This document shows positions 41,686 to 51,969 of a stretch of DNA of 64,000 nucleotides, one piece after another (the stretch's first letter is position 1; every line of letters begins with the position of its first letter). The DNA comes from Sulfurospirillum sp. (GTDB lineage Bacteria; Campylobacterota; Campylobacteria; Campylobacterales; Sulfurospirillaceae). The notes beneath the pieces were generated by a model. The model made no database searches. It was not told the origin of the DNA and saw only the letters and a list, made by a program, of their open reading frames with translations. The stretch lies in the NCBI GenBank assembly GCA_045047115.1, contig JASFYR010000014.1:32001-96000 (forward strand), read 5' to 3'. Both the position numbers and the translations under genes were made by a program.

Positions 41686-42816
41686 ATGCTGTCTTTTGAA
41701 GAAAAAGCTATCTCATTATTGCAAGAAGCAGGTATTGAGTTAAATGGTAAAAATCCTTGGGATATACAAGTTTACAATGATAAGGTTTACGAGCATACCC
41801 TTCTTGGTGGTACTATAGCATTTGGTGAAGCATATATGGACGGCTGGTGGGATGTAGAAAGACTAGATAAATTTTTTGAAAAGATTTTTTTACTACACAT
41901 AGATGAAAAAATAAAATCCCCTGTTTTAATGTTTTTCAAGCTCAAGTCATTTTTATTCAATTTACAAAAAGAAAAAAAATCATTTAAAGTTGGAGAAGTT
42001 CATTATAATATAGGTAATGATTTGTACTCTAAAATGCTTGACAAGAGAATGGTTTATACTTGTGGCTATTGGGATGCTTTTCAAGATATACCTGCGGCAA
42101 AAAATCTTGATGAAGCACAAGAAAATAAACTTGAAATGATATGCAGAAAACTTCGAATTAAAAAAGGCGATAAGATTTTAGATATAGGATGCGGTTGGGG
42201 AAGTTTTATGCGCTATGCAGCAGAAAAATACGGTGCTCATTGCGTAGGAATTTCAGTATCGAAAGAACAAGTAAAACTTGGCAATCAAACAAAAGGAAAT
42301 TTACCGATAGAGTTTAGGCTGCAAGATTATAGAGATGTAGAAGAGAAATTTGATCATATTGTATCTATCGGAATGTTTGAGCATGTTGGATATAAAAATT
42401 ATAGAACATATATGGAAGTTGTATATAAAAATCTCAAAGATGAAGGACTATTTTTATTACATACCATAGGATCCAATGTCAGTTTGATAGCAACTGATCC
42501 TTGGATAAATAAATATATATTTCCAAACTCTATGCTGCCATCTGCCAAACAGATATCAAAAGCGACTGAGGGCTTATTTGTTATGGAGGATTGGCATAAT
42601 TTTGGAATCCAATATGATCATACTTTAATGGCTTGGTATAACAACTTTGAAAAATATTGGCCGGATATTAAAAATCAATATAATAAAAAATTTTATAGAA
42701 TGTGGAAATTTTATCTCCTTTCATCAGCGGCAACTTTTAGAACTAGACAAAATCAAGTTTGGCAAATCGTCTTGTCTAAACACAGCATAAAAAAAGATTA
42801 TAAAAGAATCGTTTAA
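41686..42816 (+). CDS. cfa: Cyclopropane-fatty-acyl-phospholipid synthase
   Basis: GEAYMDGWW, HYNIGND, YTCGYW, LDIGCGWG, SIGMFEHVG, WINKYIFP. Confidence 0.95.
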   Translation: MLSFEEKAISLLQEAGIELNGKNPWDIQVYNDKVYEHTLLGGTIAFGEAYMDGWWDVERLDKFFEKIFLLHIDEKIKSPVLMFFKLKSFLFNLQKEKKSFKVGEVHYNIGNDLYSKMLDKRMVYTCGYWDAFQDIPAAKNLDEAQENKLEMICRKLRIKKGDKILDIGCGWGSFMRYAAEKYGAHCVGISVSKEQVKLGNQTKGNLPIEFRLQDYRDVEEKFDHIVSIGMFEHVGYKNYRTYMEVVYKNLKDEGLFLLHTIGSNVSLIATDPWINKYIFPNSMLPSAKQISKATEGLFVMEDWHNFGIQYDHTLMAWYNNFEKYWPDIKNQYNKKFYRMWKFYLLSSAATFRTRQNQVWQIVLSKHSIKKDYKRIV

Positions 42817-42840
42817 CCAATAAAATATAAAAAAATTGTA

Positions 42841-43071
42841 GGCACTGTAAACCAAACTGTGTAAACCACCTCTAACCCTCGCTTCTTACCTTGCATATTT
42901 TATCATAATATCTTGAAAGAATATGCAAAGTTGAGGGTAAATCTCACTCCAGTTTCTGATTTTTGTCCTGTTCCATTTATCTTGAACCTGCTGGGTTGAG
43001 AGATAAAGCATTTTAAAGGCTGATTCTATAGTAGGAAATGAGCCTTTATTTTTTGTTCTTCTTTTGATACA
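42841..43071 (-). pseudogene. IS256-family transposase C-terminal fragment with right inverted repeat
   Basis: IKRRTKNKGSFP..ESAFKMLYL...KW...NW..IYPQL. End GGCACTGTAAACCAAACTGTGTAAAC at 42841-42866. Confidence 0.8.
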
Positions 43072-43087
43072 CATTGGGGGCCAGGGC

Positions 43088-43228
43088 CAATGCCGTTTAG
43101 TTAAGCCTCACAACCCCCATAACAGCGCACTCTAACATCATCTAAAATCCATTCTTTATCTTTATCCGGAAGAAAAAAGAGATCAAATGCATAATTTTTT
43201 ATAGTATTAAAGGCTTTCACAAAAGCTG
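43088..43228 (-). mobile_element. IS4-family end and adjacent fragment
   Basis: CAATGCCGTTTAGTTAAG at 43088-43105 resembles the IS4 terminal repeat TAATGCCGATCAGTTAAG (recalled). Internal boundary is approximate. Confidence 0.55.
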
Positions 43229-43678
43229 GGGCTGAGAAAGCATTATTACAATTAGAGCAAAAATGGGGTAAAAGATATCCTATGGTTATTAACTCTTGGA
43301 CTAAAACTCAAGAAGAGTTATTAGCTTACTTTGAGTATTCAGAGCTTATTAGAAGGGTTATTTATACTACCAATACAACTGAGGGATTTAATAGACAAAA
43401 AAAGTAAAACGCTTTTTGCTTTAGCAAAAATTTTTCCTGAAATTAGAAAAATAACTAAAACTAAAGGAGGATTTAACAGTAACGAATCTTTGTTTAAATT
43501 GGTATTTTTAGCTTATAAAGATATAGCTAAAAAATGGGAAAAATCTATTTCAAACTGGGCAGAGATTATATCTCAATTTTCAATAATATTTGAAGATAGA
43601 CTTAACGGATATATTAGGTAAAGTTATGTATAATTACATTAATAAAAAGATCATTTACACAAAATTGGACGCGCTCTC
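43229..43678 (+). pseudogene. IS256-family transposase C-terminal fragment with 43-bp insertion and right inverted repeat
   Basis: KWGKRYP....SW...LLAYF.Y...IRRVIYTTNTTEGFNRQ / IRKITKTKGGF. End TTTACACAAAATTGGACGCGCTCTC. Confidence 0.88.
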
Positions 43679-43688
43679 AACTTTTAAT

Positions 43689-43704
43689 ACTCTGACTCAT
43701 TTAA
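43689..43704. repeat. Right copy of the 16-bp perfect inverted repeat
   Basis: ACTCTGACTCATTTAA. Confidence 0.85.
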
Positions 43705-43782
43705 TACTTCAATATTCTGTCACCTTTGTAAACAAATACTACACAAAAGCTATGCTATAATGAGAATAAAAAAGGATATGTA

Positions 43783-43968
43783 ATGTGTATTATGCATGCC
43801 CCGATAAATAGAAAAACTATCAATGTATCAAATAGAGACAAGACAAAAAAAGTCCGACCATCCTTCAATGAAGATTTGCTAAAGCCTGATCCAAATTTTA
43901 TAGATGAGAGAAAAAAGGTAGAATCAACACCGCAAAAGAGAGGTTTTTTTGCTAAAATTCTGCAATAG
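43783..43968 (+). CDS. Small hypothetical protein
   Basis: TGCTATAAT promoter and AAGGA SD upstream; amphipathic C-terminus KRGFFAKILQ. Confidence 0.55.
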   Translation: MCIMHAPINRKTINVSNRDKTKKVRPSFNEDLLKPDPNFIDERKKVESTPQKRGFFAKILQ

Positions 43969-44000
43969 GGTATAATTCTCTAAAAAATTAGGGTTTTAAT

Positions 44001-45893
44001 TTGAAACGAGAGAATAATACACTCTTTCATATGTTTGTAGATTCGTGTGAAAGATATAAAAACAAGACGGCTTTCATCTATAAAGTAGGAGACCAGGAGT
44101 TTGAAGTAACATATCAGAAATTTTTTGATGATGTTCTTCTGCTTAGCCGCGAACTAAAAGCGAAAAAAATTACAAAAAATTCAAAAGTTATGTTTGTTTG
44201 TGATAACAGATATGAGTGGATAGTTACAGATTTTGCCATCATATCTTTGGGGGCCATAAGTATACCGCGAGGCAGTGATACTCCGACATCTGAGCTAGAG
44301 TACATCATGCAACACTCAAAATGTGAATTTTTAGTCATAGAGAATGAATCTGTCTATAAACAACACGAAGAGATGCTAAAAATTCTTAATCTAAAATCCA
44401 TATTTATCCTTGAAGCCCAAAATTTACATTCATTTTTTGGAAATACCTACTCCTATAATGATCTGTTAAAAGATAAAAAAATCTATACAGATGATATAGA
44501 AGAGTTTGAAAAACTAAGAGATAATCTAGACGAAAAAGATACCTTTACACTTATATATACATCAGGTACAACAGGTGTGCCAAAAGGTGTGATTTTAACC
44601 CATAAAAATATAATGTACAATGTTAGAGAACTACCTGAGATCATAGGTTTGAATACTGATGATATATGGGTCTCTATTTTGCCCTCATGGCATATATTTG
44701 AGAGAGCAGTTGAATATCTTTCGGTTTCACAGGGTTGTTGTACCATATACTCAAGTATCAAAACTTTTGCAAATGATTTAGAAGAGTACAGACCCACACT
44801 TGTGGCAACAGTTCCCAGACTTTGGGAGTCTATGTACACAAAAATCAACTCCAAACTAAAAAAAGAGAATCCAAAAAAAGCAAAAATATTTAATAAACTA
44901 ATAGATATATCAGCAGCTTATAACTATAATCTCAGAGTCATAAAAGATGAGCTGCCCATCTTTGGCAAAAGAGGTTTTTTCTCTATATGCAAAGAAAAAT
45001 TTACAGCTTATATAAAACTTTTTATCCTATATCTTCCAAATCTTTTAGCAAAGAAAAAGTTAAAAGTCATACAAGAGAAATTTGGAGGCAGATTAAGGCT
45101 TGCTATCAGTGGTGGCGGTTCACTTCCTGGTTTTATAGACAGTTGGATCGATGCAGTAGGAATCAGAATAGTAAATGCATACGGTATGACAGAGTGTGCT
45201 CCTGCGATTGCGGGACGAGCACTAAACTGTAATACTTTTTCCACCTTGGGGCTTCCTACAAAAGATACTGATTTAAAAATTGTAGATGTTGATGGAAATG
45301 AGCTGGAAAATGGAAAAGTTGGAGAAATAATCATAAAGGGTGAGCAGGTAACTCCGGGATATTATGCCAATGATGAAGAGAATGAAAAGTCTTTTACAAA
45401 AGACGGATACTTTAAAACCGGAGATTTGGGAAAACTAACATTAAAAGGGGAGCTTGTCATCACAGGACGCACAAAAGAGATAATCGTACTTGCGAATGGT
45501 GAAAATGTAGATCCCAGTCGAATAGAATCGGCCATATCAAAACTCCCATTTATCACTGATGCTATATTGGTAGGGCAGGATAAAAAAGGATTAGGTATGC
45601 TTATCGTACCGGATATTGAAGAACTTGGAGAGTATATATCTAAAAAGTTTAACAAAGTTAAACATGATGTTGGGAGCATTTTTGAAGACAAAAAAATCTC
45701 AAATGAGATAAAAAATGACATAAATAGACTCCTGGACTATAAAAATGGTTTTAAATCATTTGAAAAACTTCAAAATATACATCTTTTGGATGAGGAATTT
45801 AAAGTGGGAGAGGAGTTAACAAATACGATGAAAAAAAAGAGACATATTATCGAGAAAAAATATAAAAAGATTATAGATAGATTTTTAAAATGA
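44001..45893 (+). CDS. Long-chain fatty acid-CoA ligase (AMP-binding)
   Basis: IYTSGTTGVPKG, YGMTE, FKTGDLG, GRTKE. Confidence 0.92.
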   Translation: MKRENNTLFHMFVDSCERYKNKTAFIYKVGDQEFEVTYQKFFDDVLLLSRELKAKKITKNSKVMFVCDNRYEWIVTDFAIISLGAISIPRGSDTPTSELEYIMQHSKCEFLVIENESVYKQHEEMLKILNLKSIFILEAQNLHSFFGNTYSYNDLLKDKKIYTDDIEEFEKLRDNLDEKDTFTLIYTSGTTGVPKGVILTHKNIMYNVRELPEIIGLNTDDIWVSILPSWHIFERAVEYLSVSQGCCTIYSSIKTFANDLEEYRPTLVATVPRLWESMYTKINSKLKKENPKKAKIFNKLIDISAAYNYNLRVIKDELPIFGKRGFFSICKEKFTAYIKLFILYLPNLLAKKKLKVIQEKFGGRLRLAISGGGSLPGFIDSWIDAVGIRIVNAYGMTECAPAIAGRALNCNTFSTLGLPTKDTDLKIVDVDGNELENGKVGEIIIKGEQVTPGYYANDEENEKSFTKDGYFKTGDLGKLTLKGELVITGRTKEIIVLANGENVDPSRIESAISKLPFITDAILVGQDKKGLGMLIVPDIEELGEYISKKFNKVKHDVGSIFEDKKISNEIKNDINRLLDYKNGFKSFEKLQNIHLLDEEFKVGEELTNTMKKKRHIIEKKYKKIIDRFLK

Positions 45894-47719
45894 TTCAATT
45901 CATCAATATATCAAAAAGTTTCGCTGCAAAAAAGCTCTTTGAGAACATAAATTTTAGATTAAATACAAAAAACAGAGTAGGTTTGGTTGGCAGAAACGGT
46001 AGTGGAAAGTCAACTCTTTTTAAGATGATATTAAAAGAGACAGAGCCAGACAGCGGTGAAATTTTGATACCTAAAAACTACAAAATAGGCGCACTGAATC
46101 AACACCTAAAATTCAGTGAAAAAACTATAAGGGAGGAGGTATCACTTGCACTTGATGAAGAGTCTAAGTATGATACCTACAGAGTTGAAAAGATACTTTT
46201 TGGTCTTGGCTTTTCAGAAAATGACCTCGATAGCGAGCCTCTTAGTTTCTCAGGAGGCTATCAGATACGCATAAATCTGGCTAAGCTTTTGGTGGCCGAG
46301 CCTAATATGCTGCTTCTGGATGAGCCGACAAATTACCTGGATATCGTCTCTCTTCGTTGGTTGGCGTCTTTTTTAAGAACTTTTGATGGAGAAGTTATAC
46401 TTATCACGCACAATCGAGATTTTATGGACAAAATTACAACTCACACTATGGGGATAGTGAGAAAAAAATTGAGTCTCATTCCGGGTGGTACACATAAGTT
46501 TTATGAGCAGTTAAAATTAAATGATGAACTATATGCAAAAGAGAAGATTTCTCAAGATAAAAAGATAAAAGAACTGGAGGATTTCATAGCTAAGAACAGA
46601 GCAAGAGCTTCTACGGCTGCTCTTGCTCAATCAAAGATAAAACAGCTTGAAAAGATGGAGCGATTGGGTGATTTTGGGGCAGATACAACACTAAAATTTG
46701 ATTTTAATTTTAAAGAGACACCTGCAAAAATTTTATTTGAAGTTGAAGAGCTAAGTTTTGGTTTTACTTCGGATAAAACTCTTTTTAGTGATCTCTCCTT
46801 TGTTTTAAAAAAAGGAGAGTGTCTGGGGATTATTGGGAAAAACGGCAAAGGAAAATCAACCCTTTTAAATGTTCTCTCTAAAGAGTTGAAACAAAACAGT
46901 GGAGAGATTAAGATGCATCCATCTATATCTTTTGCCCATTTCGGACAGACAAATATCAATCACTTAAACCTGGATAATACAGTTTTTGAAGAGATTTACA
47001 GCTCAAACACAAAACTCTCAACACCTAAGGCTAAAAATATATGTGGTGCCATGATGTTTAGCGGTGAAAATAGCGACAAGAAGATCTCACTCCTTTCAGG
47101 TGGTGAAAAGAGTAGAGTAATGTTAGGTAAGATCTTGGCAAGTGAAGTCAATCTGTTATTTTTGGATGAGCCGACAAATCACCTTGATATGGAATCCATC
47201 GGTTCTCTGAGTAGTGCGATAAAAAACTTTAAAGGTTCTGTGGTTATAGTCACGCACTCTGAAGAGTTATTAAGAAGTGTGGCAAATAAACTCGTTGTTT
47301 TTGCCAAAAATGGAGCAGAGTTTTTTGATGGAGGGTATGATCTCTTTTTGGAAAAAATAGGCTGGGAAGAAGAGGAGGAGGTAAAAAAAGAGAAAAAAAT
47401 ACCAAAATCCAATCAATATGAGATAAAAAAGAGAAAAGCCGCACTTATATTTGAGAGAAATTCCAAGACTAAGGAGCTCAAAAAAGAGATACAAAAACTA
47501 GAAAACGGTATCATGAAAATCGAAGAAATCCTTGAGGCAAACCAAAAAAAGCTTATAGAGCTATCAAACACAGGTGAGAGTTCAAAAATCATAGAATTAT
47601 ACAAAAATATTTCACAACAAGAAAATGAGATAGAAATAAACTTTGAAAAATTAGAAACTCTACAGAGTAAATTTGATGAAATTATGAATGAATATGAAAA
47701 TAAATTGGAGATGTTTTGA
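45890..47719 (+). CDS. ABC-F family ATPase
   Basis: Two ABC domains (GRNGSGKS, GKNGKGKS; LLDEPTN and FLDEPTN), no TM helices, C-terminal coiled coil. Confidence 0.93.
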   Translation: MIQFINISKSFAAKKLFENINFRLNTKNRVGLVGRNGSGKSTLFKMILKETEPDSGEILIPKNYKIGALNQHLKFSEKTIREEVSLALDEESKYDTYRVEKILFGLGFSENDLDSEPLSFSGGYQIRINLAKLLVAEPNMLLLDEPTNYLDIVSLRWLASFLRTFDGEVILITHNRDFMDKITTHTMGIVRKKLSLIPGGTHKFYEQLKLNDELYAKEKISQDKKIKELEDFIAKNRARASTAALAQSKIKQLEKMERLGDFGADTTLKFDFNFKETPAKILFEVEELSFGFTSDKTLFSDLSFVLKKGECLGIIGKNGKGKSTLLNVLSKELKQNSGEIKMHPSISFAHFGQTNINHLNLDNTVFEEIYSSNTKLSTPKAKNICGAMMFSGENSDKKISLLSGGEKSRVMLGKILASEVNLLFLDEPTNHLDMESIGSLSSAIKNFKGSVVIVTHSEELLRSVANKLVVFAKNGAEFFDGGYDLFLEKIGWEEEEEVKKEKKIPKSNQYEIKKRKAALIFERNSKTKELKKEIQKLENGIMKIEEILEANQKKLIELSNTGESSKIIELYKNISQQENEIEINFEKLETLQSKFDEIMNEYENKLEMF

Positions 47720-48783
47720 TTGGGCCGTTAAGACTTTTGGTCTCTTCACTAGAGCCATCAGCAAATCTGCATCTTGAGCCGATTTTGCAAAAGCTTGAAA
47801 AGTATAAACTTTTTGGTATATTTGACGAAAAGTTTGGTAAACCTCATCTGCCCTCATCCGCCTTTTCGATTATGGGTTTTTTGGATGTAATTCCAAAGAT
47901 AAAAAAGGCAAAAAAAGCGATAAAAGAGCTGGTAAAACTCAGCTTTAAGACTGATATTGTGCTACTCATTGACTCACCTGCTTTTAACCTGCCTTTGGCA
48001 AAAGCAATAAAAGAGAAAAATCCGAATGTGAAGATTATATACTATATACTGCCTCAAGTTTGGGCATGGAAAGCAAAAAGAGTGACAAAGGTGGAGGCAA
48101 ATTGTGATGTTCTAGCTTCTGTGTTACCTTTTGAGAGTAAGTTTTATAATCGCTCCATCTATGTTGGCCATCCTCTGCTTGATGAAATAAAAGAGTACAA
48201 AAAAGAGTACAAAAAAAGTGGCATTATCTCTTATTTACCGGGGAGTCGAAAAAGCGAAATAAAAAAACTGATGCCTATTTTTAAAGAGTTGGTAAGCAGG
48301 ACAAATAAAAAAGCACTGCTTGTGATACCGCCTTTTTTCAGTGATGAGCAGATAGCTGACATCTATGGAGACATCGGTGAATTCGAAGTCATAAGAGATG
48401 CAAAAGAGGCATTTTTTCAAAGTGAATTTGCCTTTATATGTTCGGGCACTGCAACTCTTGAGGCTGCATTAATAGGAGTGCCATTTATCTTGGCATATAA
48501 AGCAAAAAAACTAGACTATATGATAGCTAAAAGATTTGTTAAGTTAAAACATGTAGGACTTGCAAATATACTATTCGATTTTTCAAATAGACCACCTTTA
48601 CATGTAGAGCTTTTGCAAGATGAGGTTACAAGTGATAACTTGTATAACGAGTATATAAAAATAGATAAAGAAGAATTTTTCAAAAACTCGTTACATATAA
48701 GAGAGATATTAAAAAAAGGCTCATTAAACGATATGTTGGATATAATAACAACCAATAAGAAAAAAATAGCGGAGAAAAGATAA
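47716..48783 (+). CDS. lpxB: Lipid-A-disaccharide synthase
   Basis: LEPSA, IDSPAFN, PQVWAW, VGHPL, LPGSR, SGTATLE. Confidence 0.95.
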   Translation: MIGPLRLLVSSLEPSANLHLEPILQKLEKYKLFGIFDEKFGKPHLPSSAFSIMGFLDVIPKIKKAKKAIKELVKLSFKTDIVLLIDSPAFNLPLAKAIKEKNPNVKIIYYILPQVWAWKAKRVTKVEANCDVLASVLPFESKFYNRSIYVGHPLLDEIKEYKKEYKKSGIISYLPGSRKSEIKKLMPIFKELVSRTNKKALLVIPPFFSDEQIADIYGDIGEFEVIRDAKEAFFQSEFAFICSGTATLEAALIGVPFILAYKAKKLDYMIAKRFVKLKHVGLANILFDFSNRPPLHVELLQDEVTSDNLYNEYIKIDKEEFFKNSLHIREILKKGSLNDMLDIITTNKKKIAEKR

Positions 48784-49274
48784 TGCAAAAAGAGCCAATG
48801 ACAGATTTCGGTTTTCAAAAATTGAGCAAAGAGTTAAATGATTTGATAAAAGTACAAAGACCTGAAATCGTGATAGAACTGGATATCGCAAGAAGTCATG
48901 GAGATTTGAAAGAGAATGCAGAGTATCACGCAGCAAAAGAGAAACTGGCTTTCATAGAAAACAGAACAGGTGAATTAAATGATCTTATGACAAGAGCACA
49001 GGTTGTAGATCCTAGTTCTTATACTCACGATAAAGTCAGGTTTGGCTCAACTGTAGTTTTAGAAGACATGGATAGCGAAGAGGAGTTTACCTATACGATT
49101 GTGGGGAGTACCGAGAGTAATCCGAATCGGGGACTCATCTCTTATCATTCGCCACTTGCAAAGCATTTGTTAGGAAAAGAGGAGGGTGATGAAGTAACCG
49201 CAAGGTTGCCTTCGGGAGTTCGAGAGTATGAAATATTGGGTGTTGAGTATAAGGAGATAAACTTTGAAGATTGA
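48783..49274 (+). CDS. greA: Transcription elongation factor GreA
   Basis: [20 protein letters not shown]. Confidence 0.97.
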   Translation: MQKEPMTDFGFQKLSKELNDLIKVQRPEIVIELDIARSHGDLKENAEYHAAKEKLAFIENRTGELNDLMTRAQVVDPSSYTHDKVRFGSTVVLEDMDSEEEFTYTIVGSTESNPNRGLISYHSPLAKHLLGKEEGDEVTARLPSGVREYEILGVEYKEINFED

Positions 49275-50289
49275 TAAAAAAATTCCGGTAGCCATCATTG
49301 GGGCTAGTGGATACACTGGTTTAGAGCTTTTAAAACTTTTAGTAGTTCATCCTGTTTTTGACATAGCATATATTGGGAATAGCGAAGGTGGTATTAAAGT
49401 CGAAGAGCTGCACCCCTCTCTTAAGAGTGTACTGTCACAAGATGTTTTAAAGAGTGATGCCAAAGAGATTTCAAAAGTTGCGAAGCTTGCATTTTTAGCA
49501 CTTCCCCATAAGACGGCTATGGGATTTGCGAGTAAACTTTTGGAGTATGGTGTCAAAGTGGTTGACCTTTCAGCTGATTACAGACTTGAGCTTGACACTT
49601 ATGAGAAGCACTATTGTGAGCATATAGATAAAAAAAATCTTCCAAATGCCGTTTATGGATTGCCTGAATTTTATAGAGATGAGATTAAAAATAGCTGCCT
49701 GGTAGCAAATCCGGGGTGTTACCCTACAGCTGCACTTTTGAGTCTTTTGCCTTTTTGTGATTTGATAGATGAGAGTTATCCTGTTTTTATAGATGCAAAG
49801 AGTGGAGTGAGCGGTGCTGGTAAAAAATGCACACAAAAGACGCATTTTGTCTCAATTGACGAAAATATTTTTGCTTACAATCCTCTCATACACAGACACC
49901 AACCTGAGATAAAGGAGAAGATGAGACTGGAATCAAAAAAAGAGTTTGATATAAACTTTGTTCCGCATCTTCTGCCTTTAATAAGAGGTGAGATGGTAGA
50001 TAGTTATATGCTTCTAAAAGTTGATGGGATTGATGCCTCAGGCTTGCTTAAAGAGTTTTACAAAAATGAGAGGTTTGTGAGGATTTATGATAAACCAGTG
50101 GATATGAAATCTGCAGGCGGTACAAATTTTTGTGATATATTTGCAAAAGTTAAGGGAAGAAAACTCTATTTAAATGCAGTGATTGACAATATCTTAAGAG
50201 GCTCCTCATCTCAAGCGGTTGTTAATGCAAATATCATGTTTAAACTCGAAGAAAATTTAGGAATTCCTACTATCTCTTATGTGCCTTAA
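49264..50289 (+). CDS. argC: N-acetyl-gamma-glutamyl-phosphate reductase
   Basis: [29 protein letters not shown]. Confidence 0.95.
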   Translation: MKIDKKIPVAIIGASGYTGLELLKLLVVHPVFDIAYIGNSEGGIKVEELHPSLKSVLSQDVLKSDAKEISKVAKLAFLALPHKTAMGFASKLLEYGVKVVDLSADYRLELDTYEKHYCEHIDKKNLPNAVYGLPEFYRDEIKNSCLVANPGCYPTAALLSLLPFCDLIDESYPVFIDAKSGVSGAGKKCTQKTHFVSIDENIFAYNPLIHRHQPEIKEKMRLESKKEFDINFVPHLLPLIRGEMVDSYMLLKVDGIDASGLLKEFYKNERFVRIYDKPVDMKSAGGTNFCDIFAKVKGRKLYLNAVIDNILRGSSSQAVVNANIMFKLEENLGIPTISYVP

Positions 50290-51016
50290 GATAAAAGACG
50301 GTGCACTCTTTATAAGTGATGCGCACGAAAATGACAAGAGGGATGGTTTTTATCGCTTTCTCTTGAAAATCAAATCCAAAGAGCTGGATCCACCACAGAT
50401 TTTTCTCATGGGCGATATGTTTGATTTACTTATTGGTGAAGTAAAATACCTCAAAGAGAAATATAAAAAATATATTGGTTTGATAGAAGAGATTGCAAAA
50501 GATAAAGAGGTATTTTACTTTGAGGGAAATCACGATTTTGCCCTCAAAAGTCTCTTTAAAAACACAAAAGTCATAGATATAGCTATGCAACCCGCGATTT
50601 TTTATACAGCAGATAAAAAAGTTCTTCTTTCTCACGGAGATAAGTGTGGAGGGGTAATCCATACTATATATACGAAGATTATAAGAAATCTAGTAGTGCT
50701 CAAAATGCTTGATAGATTTGATAGGTTGTGTGGCTTTTGCATATCAAAAAAGATAGAAAAAGACCTTTTGAAGAAAAATATATGTTTAAAAATAGATAAT
50801 TTTCAAGAGATTGTAGAAGATAAAATTAACAACTGTATAGACAGAAATATAGAGTTAATTGCAGAGGGACACTATCATCAAAATAGAAGTTTTAAATATG
50901 GGAAACAGAAATATATAAACTTTTCATCTTTTGCGTGCAATCAAAGTTATTTTATTGTACAATTATCAACTGAATTAGAATTTATAGAAATAAAACTAAG
51001 GGGCAACGATGTTTGA
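50279..51016 (+). CDS. lpxH: UDP-2,3-diacylglucosamine diphosphatase
   Basis: Metallophosphoesterase motifs SDAH, GDMFD, GNHD, HGD, GHYH. Confidence 0.8.
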   Translation: MCLKIKDGALFISDAHENDKRDGFYRFLLKIKSKELDPPQIFLMGDMFDLLIGEVKYLKEKYKKYIGLIEEIAKDKEVFYFEGNHDFALKSLFKNTKVIDIAMQPAIFYTADKKVLLSHGDKCGGVIHTIYTKIIRNLVVLKMLDRFDRLCGFCISKKIEKDLLKKNICLKIDNFQEIVEDKINNCIDRNIELIAEGHYHQNRSFKYGKQKYINFSSFACNQSYFIVQLSTELEFIEIKLRGNDV

Positions 51017-51959
51017 TGACAACGTGCTAAAAGTGGGCTCCAATGAGATGGAGTTGGTTGATTTTCGTATATTTAAGCAAGATGGTGATGAGGTATACGA
51101 AGGCATATACGGAGTAAATGTATCTAAAGTTCGTGAAATTATAAAGATACCAAATCTTACTCAACTTCCCGGAGTACCAGAGTATATAGAGGGTATTTTT
51201 GATTTGCGTGGTGTGGTGATTCCTGTCGTAAATCTAGCAAAATGGATGAATATAACCGAACCTATAGACAATAAGATAAAACCAAGAATTGTCATTACCG
51301 AATTCAGTGATATTTTGATTGGTTTTATAGTTCATGAAGCCAAAAGAATTAGAAGAATAAGCTGGAAAGATATAGAGCCGGCATCTTTTGTTTCAGGCAT
51401 GGGAGCGCTGGATAAGAGCCAAATTACTGGAGTAACAAGAATAGAAAATGATGAGGTTCTGCTAATTCTAGATCTTGAAAGTGTAGTTGAAGAGCTCGGA
51501 TTTTATAAGCCAAGAGTCGATATGGATATAAATGAGATTATGCAATTAGAAGGTACTGCTTTGGTTTTAGATGATAGTATGGTAGCTAGAAAACTTGTCA
51601 GCGATGCTCTTAAAAAGATGGGACTAAAAGTAGTAGAAGCAAAAGATGGGTTAGATGGTTTACAAAAATTAGAAGAACTGTATGGAGTATATGGCGATAG
51701 ACTAAATGCAGAGCTAAAGATAATAATAAGTGATGTTGAAATGCCACAGATGGACGGTTTTCACTTTGCGGCAAATGTTAAAGATGACGATAGATTTAAA
51801 GAGATACCTATAGTGTTCAACTCTTCCATAAGTGATCACTTTAGCGAATTAAGAGGGAAGAAGGCGGGCGGTGAAGCCTATTTGACAAAATTTGATGCAG
51901 CGGTTTTTTATAAAGAGATTTCGAATGTTTTAAAATCGCATATAAAAGACCAAGAGTAA
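51009..51959 (+). CDS. cheV: Chemotaxis protein CheV (CheW + REC)
   Basis: NVSKVREI, LRG.VIP, DDS, SDVEMPQMDG. Confidence 0.95.
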   Translation: MFDDNVLKVGSNEMELVDFRIFKQDGDEVYEGIYGVNVSKVREIIKIPNLTQLPGVPEYIEGIFDLRGVVIPVVNLAKWMNITEPIDNKIKPRIVITEFSDILIGFIVHEAKRIRRISWKDIEPASFVSGMGALDKSQITGVTRIENDEVLLILDLESVVEELGFYKPRVDMDINEIMQLEGTALVLDDSMVARKLVSDALKKMGLKVVEAKDGLDGLQKLEELYGVYGDRLNAELKIIISDVEMPQMDGFHFAANVKDDDRFKEIPIVFNSSISDHFSELRGKKAGGEAYLTKFDAAVFYKEISNVLKSHIKDQE

Positions 51960-51969
51960 AGGCTGGGCT

